From the IMG/VR virus record IMGVR_UViG_3300006086_000002: a stretch of 39,293 bases of DNA. One strand, 5' to 3'. This DNA comes from a virus. The position numbers were made by a program, and so were the translations under genes. The first letter of the stretch is position 1. Each line of letters opens with the position of its first letter. The notes under the pieces are model-generated. The model saw only the letters and a list, made by a program, of their open reading frames with translations, had not been told where the DNA came from and made no database searches. Below, piece after piece: positions 24,861-30,505 of this stretch.

Positions 24861-25519
24861 GCCTGCCTCGCTGCTTTGAGTGCCGCGCGGACCTTGCTGT
24901 GAGGCCCTAGAAGGCCCCATAGAGCGACTTTCTGGTCGGAGTCGAGGTTCTGTGCGTCCATGAACTTCAGAGCGTCCTGGATCTTCCCTTCCTCGCACAG
25001 AGCCACGATATCGGCAGCCATGGCGCGCAGGAACTCCATTTCCTCGGCAGGGACTTCTGCGGCAGCGGCGCGGACCGGGGTAATCGTCGGAACAACCTCG
25101 TGCGTCTGGTTTTCCGTGTCGTTGTCTCCCTCGGTCGGGATAACGAAGGTCTGGAAGGCGAAATTCTTGTAGGCCGAGGACATGGCCTTGTTGATAGCCT
25201 TGTCTCCCCGGTCCATCGCCTCGCCCATGACCGTCACGACTGCATGAGAATCGTCCTCGATGCAGTGAAGGTGATACCGCATGGAGATTCGGCAATAGAA
25301 CACCGCGCCGCCCTTCGCGGTTTGCCGTTCGCTGATCTCCTGTCCGAATAATTCCGGCAGGATTACCAGGCCATTCTTGGCAATGATCGGGGCCAGGGCG
25401 TTGTACACGTCATCGATGCCCCGGAACTTGTAGTTGTCGAACTTGTTTTCTTGCGCCTTGCTGATGCCAATTTTGGCGATATCAGCCTGGACCGCATTGA
25501 TAGCCTTGAATACTTTCAT
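24857..25519 (-). CDS. erf: ERF-family single-strand annealing recombinase
   Basis: QENKFDNYKFRGIDDVYNALAPIIAKNGL parallels P22 Erf NSFGKYKYRSCEDILEGVKPLLKGL. DKAINKAMSSAYKNFAFQTFVIPTEGDNDTE parallels SQVTGATSSYARKYCLNGLFGIDDAKDADTE. Confidence 0.8.
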   Translation of the reverse strand: MKVFKAINAVQADIAKIGISKAQENKFDNYKFRGIDDVYNALAPIIAKNGLVILPELFGQEISERQTAKGGAVFYCRISMRYHLHCIEDDSHAVVTVMGEAMDRGDKAINKAMSSAYKNFAFQTFVIPTEGDNDTENQTHEVVPTITPVRAAAAEVPAEEMEFLRAMAADIVALCEEGKIQDALKFMDAQNLDSDQKVALWGLLGPHSKVRAALKAARQA

Positions 25520-25770
25520 AGTCCCATGTCCTCGATCATTCGTTCGATGGAATCGTCATCCCACTTCTTGATATCCGTGGGCATCCAGTCTGTGTATCCC
25601 TTGGGACGGATCATCACTTCCCGGACCTCGACCTCGTTCGGGTCTGCGGGAGCCCAGCCATCGGGAGGGCCGCCAGTGATCGCGGGGGATCCGGGAGTGA
25701 AATCGAACGTCACCTGAAGCTCGATGTCATCCCAGAGGAAGGTTTCGACGCAGCCGTATTCCGTCCTCAT
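25516..25770 (-). CDS. Hypothetical early protein
   Basis: 84-aa acidic ORF with ATGA overlaps on both sides. Confidence 0.6.
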   Translation of the reverse strand: MRTEYGCVETFLWDDIELQVTFDFTPGSPAITGGPPDGWAPADPNEVEVREVMIRPKGYTDWMPTDIKKWDDDSIERMIEDMGL

Positions 25771-26009
25771 TGCTGCACCTTGGCGAGAGCGGCATTCGCC
25801 ATCGAAACGGCTGCGGCAGCATCAGCGCGAAGCAGGTAGCAGGCCATGGGATTTTCCGATCCGGTGAATTGAACCGGTTGAGTAAGGGCCGCAGTCATAG
25901 CCTTGATGGCTACAAGAAGTTCGTTGCGGTCCTGCTTTGCTTTCTCAAAATCAAATGCGATGCCCGGGTATCCTTCGCAACCGCATTGCGGGGTGTGCTG
26001 AGTGGTCAT
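25767..26009 (-). CDS. Hypothetical early protein (80 aa)
   Basis: The start is placed at MTTQHTPQCG, after RBS AGGAGAA. The longer track ORF would run into the rsr stop and the internal promoter. Confidence 0.55.
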   Translation of the reverse strand: MTTQHTPQCGCEGYPGIAFDFEKAKQDRNELLVAIKAMTAALTQPVQFTGSENPMACYLLRADAAAAVSMANAALAKVQQ

Positions 26010-26052
26010 TTCGTTCTCCTGTCTATGTTGCATGAGGGGTGGTACGGGACGA

Positions 26053-26081
26053 ACAGTAGCCCGTCTATTGACAGTTGTCAA
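26053..26081 (-). promoter_or_regulatory. Sigma70-type promoter with palindromic -35/operator (TTGACAACTGTCAA-N9-TACTGT), leftward, overlapping the last codons of rsr
   Basis: The minus strand reads TTGACA (26081-26076), a 17-nt spacer, TACTGT (26058-26053), then TCGTCC. These are the same core elements as the 27571 promoter. Confidence 0.55.
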
Positions 26082-27381
26082 GCTCTAATTGCCGGATATA
26101 TTCCACCACCGATTCCGACCATCCGTCGATCTTGTTCCATGCTCCGTATCCGACTCCGTTCTCGTAAGCTGCGACATTGATGATGTAGCCTTTCCCCTTG
26201 GGGTTCGGGATCCGGTCTGCGCTTTGTTCGTCGGTAATGACGATCAGGCGCTCGCAGCCTGGATAGACAGAGTAGACGGCATGGATGGCATTCCCGAGGC
26301 GAGTCCCGCCAAATGGCATGCATTGTTCCAGAAGGTGCTTGAGTCCAAATCCCCTGCGGGGCGCAAGCTCTCCGCATTGTTCGCTGAAAGCAAAAACTCG
26401 CACCTTTTCTGCCGTTTCTCGCAGGATCATCGCAAGACCGCAGGCAGCATCGAAACGGGTGATTTCGCTCCTGCCGCTTACGCCACTATTCATGCTGCCG
26501 CTGTGATCCACCAGAAGCGCGGTTTTCCCCGGAAGCTTGGGCAGTTCCTGCATGCACTTGAACATGGTTTGTTCCAGCGCGTCTTCAAGGCGAGGCGCAT
26601 GGCGAGCAGCGGAAATGAACCGGAAAGGCAGTACGCGCTCCACGTTCACAGTCGCCAAAGCTTCGCGGATCTTATCCTCCGAAACACCGGATTCAATCAT
26701 GTTTCGCAGGTTGCGAAGCAATGCCAAAGCGCCAAGCTTCTTTTCGTCTAGCAGGCGCTCGAAAGTCTCCTTTTTGTCCGCGCCACCAGAAAGCGCAACC
26801 TCCCAGGTGTCGGGAGTCTGCAAGGTGTTCTCTGCAAGTTTCTTGAACAATGTCGCCTGTTCCTCGTTTGCGGGCTTTGCGTGGGATAAAAACAACACAT
26901 CCCGAAGCTTTACCGCTCCATCCCGGTTGTACTTGGCAAGGGAATATTCGTTGAATTTCTTCAGGGCGCGAGCAAGACCAATCTTCAATTGCGCAGGCAA
27001 AGGCGCGTCCTTCTTCTCCTTCCAGTAAAGTGAAAGGAGTTCCCCGAGTTCGTCCGGGCGCTGGATAACTTCGGCAATCAAATCGCCCATCTGACGGCCC
27101 TTATGGGTCCGTAGAGCCTCCCGAACCAGCAGGAGGGGCACATGCCGCATATTCCCCTTGCCGCGAGCTTCTAGGGCGATTTGAGCGATCTTCGGAAAAG
27201 GAACTTGGCGGCACAGATCGGCAATACGCTTGCCGATTTCCTGTCCATCTTCGTAGAAGGAGTCTTCCCACAGCATGCAGCACATGACGCTGCGGCGAAG
27301 AGCCTGTTCCGCGTTCATGCGGGACGCGGTAGCTCCTTCGTGGGTTTTTTCGGTGAATTTGATTGCGGTGTTGGTGCGCAC
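26065..27381 (-). CDS. rsr: Ro60/Rsr ortholog (TROVE domain + vWA/MIDAS domain RNA-binding protein)
   Basis: Collinear matches to human Ro60: [23 protein letters not shown] vs [34 protein letters not shown] vs [19 protein letters not shown] vs [19 protein letters not shown] vs LLAVDVSASMN; FGGTRLG vs [16 protein letters not shown] vs FIVFTDNET. The start is placed at GTG 27381 after GGAGG. The track start TTG 27414 has no RBS and lies inside the structured leader. Confidence 0.9.
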   Translation of the reverse strand: [438 protein letters not shown]

Positions 27382-27400
27382 ATTACCTCCGTTGGTTGAG

Positions 27401-27547
27401 GCTTGGTGCGGCAATGGGGGAACGTACGCTTAACAGGGATTCTTCTCCCAATGAGGAACCTGTCAGCTACACCACCCACGAAGACTTGCCGGAACAAACG
27501 GTTAAGGGCTGTTCATTTAGCAGATGAAACCCTTACCTTCACCAAGC
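27401..27547 (-). ncRNA. Highly structured 5' leader of rsr; candidate Y-RNA-like / Ro60-binding element
   Basis: A hand fold pairs 20 consecutive nt (27401-27420) with three collinear segments. The pairs are 27401-08/27540-47 (8 bp), 27409-14/27486-91 (6 bp) and 27415-20/27472-78 (6 bp with one bulge). Next come 27424-37/27459-70 (12 bp, two 1-nt bulges), an apical stem 27440-47/27453-58 with a 5-nt loop, and a side hairpin 27503-35. Two pairs are G.U only on the minus-strand RNA. Confidence 0.5.
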
Positions 27548-27555
27548 ACAGGCGA

Positions 27556-27584
27556 AGAGTAACTAGAGAATTGACAACTGTCAA
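27556..27584 (-). promoter_or_regulatory. Leftward early promoter (drives the rsr leader): TTGACA-17-TACTCT
   Basis: The minus strand reads TTGACA (27584-27579), spacer gttgtcaattctctagt and TACTCT (27561-27556). The predicted +1 near 27549 coincides with the 5' strand of the leader's closing helix. Confidence 0.55.
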
Positions 27585-27599
27585 GAACTATTTTACTAT
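27571..27599 (+). promoter_or_regulatory. Rightward early promoter: TTGACA-17-TACTAT, with the -35 inside the palindrome TTGACAACTGTCAA
   Basis: Consensus -35 at 27571-27576, an exact 17-nt spacer and -10 TACTAT at 27594-27599. The ATG at 27606 sits at the expected +1, implying a leaderless mRNA. Confidence 0.6.
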
Positions 27600-27605
27600 T
27601 CGTCC

Positions 27606-27761
27606 ATGGAAAAATCAGCCGTTGTACGCAAGCGACAGATGACCCGGTTACGCAAGGTGGGCGTGTCGGATGCTTTCATCGCCCGCAAGTTCGGAATCAG
27701 CCGGGAGCGGGTGGGGCAGATATTGGGGCGCAGAGGGAAGGGGAAAGAATGTTGCTCATAG
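27606..27761 (+). CDS. Small helix-turn-helix protein (51 aa), candidate early regulator
   Basis: Product MEKSAVVRKRQMTRLRKVGVSDAFIARKFGISRERVGQILGRRGKGKECCS. FGISRERVGQIL resembles HTH recognition helices such as sigma region 4.2 (GVSRERVRQI). It is below the ORF-track cutoff. Confidence 0.55.
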   Translation: MEKSAVVRKRQMTRLRKVGVSDAFIARKFGISRERVGQILGRRGKGKECCS

Positions 27762-27922
27762 ACAAGCTTATCGTTACTTGGGCTGTGTTGTTTTTCGTCA
27801 TTTGTGGATGCGGCATGGCATTTTCCGATCAACCAAAATATTCCAGGATCATTGTCAGGACGGCAGCTCTTTGGGTTGCGGTGTTTTTGTTTTTTATTCT
27901 TTTTGATGTTTGGAGCAAATGA
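27749..27922 (+). CDS. Small membrane protein (57 aa, 2 TM)
   Basis: RBS AAGGGGA upstream. Product MLLIDKLIVTWAVLFFVICGCGMAFSDQPKYSRIIVRTAALWVAVFLFFILFDVWSK. There is an ATGA overlap with the next gene. Confidence 0.5.
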   Translation: MLLIDKLIVTWAVLFFVICGCGMAFSDQPKYSRIIVRTAALWVAVFLFFILFDVWSK

Positions 27923-28110
27923 GCAGAGAGATTCCAGCAGCCGTTAGGACGCGTCTACAGGCCGTCCAAGCCTCGCCAGGCTATGCGGGTGGGGATGCAT
28001 GGGCTAGGAGGCTGCAAGAGGCCCACAGGGCCGGTAAACCGCTCTACGCCATCCAGATCGAGCTATACCGCAAGGCTTTGGGGATTTCGTCCGATAGATG
28101 GGAGTACTAG
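27919..28110 (+). CDS. Hypothetical early protein (63 aa)
   Basis: The ATG at 27919 is coupled (ATGA) to the upstream ORF. The track start at 27910 is TTG. Confidence 0.55.
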   Translation: MSREIPAAVRTRLQAVQASPGYAGGDAWARRLQEAHRAGKPLYAIQIELYRKALGISSDRWEY

Positions 28111-28284
28111 CCATGTTGTATTTTTACATCATCTACTTGCATGTGTTTTACCAGCCTGCATACCATGAGCAGGTGGTTCCTGCTGTGAATAATTACAGAG
28201 CGGTAGCGCACAGACCGAGCCATGGGATGTTGTTACTGTCACGCTGACCCTGGCATCCGTCCGGGGCATTTGACGGAGGTTGTG

Positions 28285-28452
28285 ATGGCTAACCTGAAGA
28301 CTGCAACACCTATGCGCATGCGCTTTCACTGGAAACGGGCTAACGAGTGCATCAAGGACTTGCAGGACAAGCGCGCCAGGATCGATGATGCGCTGCGGCA
28401 GTTGATTCCACTAGTGGCGGATAAGAACAACGGAAAAGGCTTGACAGGGTAA
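28285..28452 (+). CDS. Hypothetical early protein (55 aa)
   Basis: RBS GGAGG lies 6 nt upstream of ATG 28285. The upstream part of track ORF 28222.. has no RBS. Confidence 0.55.
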   Translation: MANLKTATPMRMRFHWKRANECIKDLQDKRARIDDALRQLIPLVADKNNGKGLTG

Positions 28453-28469
28453 ATAAGGGAGATAAAATC

Positions 28470-28559
28470 ATGGGGCAGGCTTTGGCGAGCTTGTGGACGT
28501 TAACTGGAGAGTTTGCGGATGTATTATTGTTTTTACGCATGCGGGATAGGATCGGGTAA
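28470..28559 (+). CDS. Possible micro-ORF (29 aa)
   Basis: RBS AAGGGAG lies upstream of the ATG. Product MGQALASLWTLTGEFADVLLFLRMRDRIG. The stop sits in the loop of a hairpin. It may instead be part of a noncoding RNA. Confidence 0.25.
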   Translation: MGQALASLWTLTGEFADVLLFLRMRDRIG

Positions 28560-28620
28560 CCGATCTGCCTCCCTCTCCAGGCAGCGCCACCTGCCCGCAG
28601 TCGTAAGCACGATGAGATAG

Positions 28621-28655
28621 CCCCGGGGGTCGAAAGATCCTCGGGGTATTTTTTT
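28621..28655 (+). terminator. Rho-independent terminator (11-bp stem, GAAA tetraloop, T7 tract)
   Basis: CCCCGGGGGTC-GAAA-GATCCTCGGGG (9 Watson-Crick + 2 G.U pairs) is followed by TATTTTTTT at 28647-28655. It is unidirectional, with no T tract on the other strand. Confidence 0.8.
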
Positions 28656-28656
28656 G

Positions 28657-28907
28657 CCTGCCGGACTCCGCTCGTTAGCAAGGGCACAATCGGCCGCGCG
28701 GAAGAACAGAGCTGGCACCGTCCTAGGCCAGTAAATATCGGGATTGCGCTTCTCACGCGGCGCACGCTCTTAAAGCCTACCAGGGCACGGGCGGCAAAAC
28801 AGGTATCGAAAGCTCCAATGGTCGGGCATTCTCCCGGACAGCGTCTCATCCCACGATACGGGGTACCTGACAATCTAGAGTTCTGGGTTTTGCTAGCACC
28901 GGGCAGG
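28657..28907 (+). other. ORF-free region with long-range closing helices; candidate structured RNA of unknown function
   Basis: cctgccgg (28657-64) pairs with ccgGgcagg (28899-907, one bulged G). gttagcaa(gg) (28674-83) pairs with (tt)ttgctagc (28888-97). Internal helices include 28693-98/28756-61, 28803-08/28854-59 and hairpin 28821-39. There is no plausible ORF on either strand. Confidence 0.3.
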
Positions 28908-28924
28908 AGCACGTGGCGTGATCT

Positions 28925-29134
28925 ATGGAGAGAAAAATGAAGAAAATGACTTCTGAGCAATGGTGGAGCATCTATGGAAAGCGCAGGGAAGAGGACGAAG
29001 CTGCAAGGAAAGCAAGTCTCTCGGCAGAATGCAGGATCGCTAAAGACGACGACCCGAGATGGACAAAATGGGAATGGCAAGGTACAAAGTGGTCACGTCG
29101 AAACATTGCACCAGAAGAAAATACGGCTTTCTAG
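28925..29134 (+). CDS. Hypothetical protein (Trp/Lys/Glu-rich)
   Basis: 69-aa ORF. The alternative start ATG 28937 has a better RBS (GGAGA). The segment is A/T-rich. Confidence 0.55.
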   Translation: MERKMKKMTSEQWWSIYGKRREEDEAARKASLSAECRIAKDDDPRWTKWEWQGTKWSRRNIAPEENTAF

Positions 29135-29176
29135 TCTGCAAAAAGTAGCAAGCAAACCCTACTGGCAAAAACTAAA

Positions 29177-29548
29177 ATGGAATCATTCCAAGAATATCAA
29201 TCTCGAAATATCCCTCCTGCAAAACGAAATAAATACGGCAATGTCCCGACAGACGGATACCACAGCAAGCGAGAAGCCGCCAGGGCAGCAGAACTGAAAC
29301 TGCTACTCAAAGCCGGGAAGATCAAGGATCTGAAGGAGCAGGTAAAGCACGAACTGATACCTGCGCAATACGACGAGAACGGACGATGTGTAGAAAGGAG
29401 CGTTTCATACATATCGGACTTCGAGTACTTGGACGATAAGGGCGTGAAACACTGGGAAGATGTGAAAGGTTTTAAGGAAAGCAAGACTTGGATTTTGAAG
29501 CGCAAATTGATGCTCTGGATCCACGGGATTAGAGTCAAAGAAGTATGA
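29177..29548 (+). CDS. DUF1064-family protein (PD-(D/E)XK-type nuclease / resolvase-like)
   Basis: AKRNKYGNVPTDGYHSKREAARAAELKLLLKAGKIKDLKEQVKHEL...YISDFEYLDDKGVKHWEDVKGFKESKTWILKRKL fits the DUF1064 pattern (NKY.N..v..dG..fdSk.Ea....L......G.I.dl..Q..f.L...Y.aDF...d....EDvKG......K.kl). Confidence 0.7.
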   Translation: MESFQEYQSRNIPPAKRNKYGNVPTDGYHSKREAARAAELKLLLKAGKIKDLKEQVKHELIPAQYDENGRCVERSVSYISDFEYLDDKGVKHWEDVKGFKESKTWILKRKLMLWIHGIRVKEV

Positions 29549-29838
29549 GCAACTTCCGAGACAAGAAGATTCTAGAGAATGCCAGGCTGCTTCCATGCCA
29601 AATATGCGGAAAGCAAGACGGTACTGTTTGCGCGGCTCATAGCAACCAACAGAGGGATGGCAAAGGAATGGGAATAAAGGCCCACGACTATCGCATTGCT
29701 TCCCTGTGTTTTGAGTGCCATTCATCTATAGATCAAGGCTCTCAGCACCTTAAAAAGAAGCGTCAGGAAATGTGGGACGAGGCGCATAGAAAAACGATTG
29801 GGGAAATGATTGAGAGAGGGCTACTTAGTGCTGTTTGA
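29545..29838 (+). CDS. YbcO-like (DUF1364) putative nuclease
   Basis: 97 aa. PCQICGKQDGTVCAAHSN....GKGMGIKAHDYRIASLCFECHSSIDQG has the same Cys/His architecture and length as prophage YbcO (CQVRIPGVCNGNPETSVLAH...GTGTKPPDLIATIACSACHDEID). Confidence 0.6.
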   Translation: MSNFRDKKILENARLLPCQICGKQDGTVCAAHSNQQRDGKGMGIKAHDYRIASLCFECHSSIDQGSQHLKKKRQEMWDEAHRKTIGEMIERGLLSAV

Positions 29839-29864
29839 CAAATCAGTTTTAGTAGCGTATATGT
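29835..29864 (+). promoter_or_regulatory. Candidate promoter (TTGACA-17/18-TATATG/ATATGT)
   Basis: A consensus -35 lies at 29835-29840, at the start of a 170-nt intergenic region before 30010. The -10 is imperfect. Confidence 0.3.
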
Positions 29865-30009
29865 GCATCCATGTGGGAATGCACAAAAGCGTATTGGGAT
29901 AGGCTCTACGCTTCGAAGGCGTGCGGCGAGCTATTGTTTCCTGAGGACTTGCCAAGTGCGGTGACCGAGTTTAGTATGGATTCGTGGGATAACACCGAAA
30001 GGAACGGAT

Positions 30010-30297
30010 ATGGGCATGGCGGACAAGAAGTTTGACAGCAAGGGCGGCAGCAATGCCATGCGCCAGTCTGGCACGGACAAGGGCGAGAAGGGCGAGACTG
30101 GGGAGCGTATCCCTGCGAAGGCTTCGAGCATCGACAAGACGCGCTCTGCTGGCATTACTGGCGGGGTGGGGATGGGGAACCAGGACCGTCCTCGCAACCA
30201 GTCGGAAGTCATGGAGAGTATCCATACGGATACTGGTGCCAAGGGTGATGGTCATGCGTACCATCATGTCCGCGAGTATGGCAAAGAGCGGTATTGA
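30010..30297 (+). CDS. Hypothetical hydrophilic low-complexity protein (Gly/Lys/Asp-rich)
   Basis: 95-aa ORF with RBS AAGGAA upstream. Confidence 0.5.
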   Translation: MGMADKKFDSKGGSNAMRQSGTDKGEKGETGERIPAKASSIDKTRSAGITGGVGMGNQDRPRNQSEVMESIHTDTGAKGDGHAYHHVREYGKERY

Positions 30298-30298
30298 G

Positions 30299-30505
30299 AT
30301 GAAGATTCCTCGCCAGGTTGCCACGAATGCGGATAAGGATCGCCGGTTCATCAACCAGGGATCCGAGATGGCGAATCTCAATATGTACAACCGGTATAAC
30401 GCTGGCAGCTCTTATTTGCCGAGCATGTCTGCGGTGGATATGAAGAAGGCCGAAGCGATCACGAAGTGCACGGAAGTCCCTGCGGTCTACACGAAGGTCT
30501 ATTGA
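30299..30505 (+). CDS. Hypothetical protein (68 aa)
   Basis: This is the C-terminal part of track ORF 30032..30505. The first ~89 codons are an Arg-rich alternate frame of 30010..30297. The start could also be ATG 30278. Confidence 0.45.
   Translation: MKIPRQVATNADKDRRFINQGSEMANLNMYNRYNAGSSYLPSMSAVDMKKAEAITKCTEVPAVYTKVY

Noticed and set aside
24861-25295. The upstream two-thirds of track ORF 24531..25295 (254 aa)
   Set aside because: It overlaps the well-supported erf gene in another frame, and its translation is Arg/Gly/Pro-rich nonsense. I kept only the part downstream of the erf stop, with a tentative TTG start.
27382-27414. The TTG start at 27414 for the Ro60 gene, as in the ORF track
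   Set aside because: No SD precedes it, and it lies inside helix 27409-14/27486-91 of the leader. GTG 27381 follows GGAGG. Both remain possible, since the spacing to the GTG is short (4 nt).
28111-28284. An A/T-rich 174-nt gap with hairpin agcagg-N5-cctgct (about 28160-28176), considered as a promoter or regulatory site
   Set aside because: I could not find a hexamer pair with acceptable -35/-10 spacing. The hairpin is short and lacks a T tract, so there is too little evidence to call a feature.
28621-28646. A tRNA T-arm-like string ggggtcgaaagatcc, considered as a possible tRNA or tRNA-like Y-RNA module
   Set aside because: There is no acceptor, D or anticodon arm around it. The sequence instead forms an 11-bp GAAA-tetraloop hairpin followed by T7, which makes it an intrinsic terminator. 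I found no GTTCGAATC-type T-loop in any intergenic region.
28352-29080. A 242-aa minus-strand ORF covering the large noncoding region
   Set aside because: The product is Arg/Cys/Ser/Pro-rich with no domain-like segments. It has no RBS, and it runs antisense through a strong plus-strand terminator and into the 28925 gene. I treated it as a chance open frame in G+C-rich DNA.
30032-30298. The N-terminal 89 codons of track ORF 30032..30505
   Set aside because: This Arg/Leu/Ala-rich frame overlaps 30010..30297. The protein-like sequence starts only after that gene's stop.
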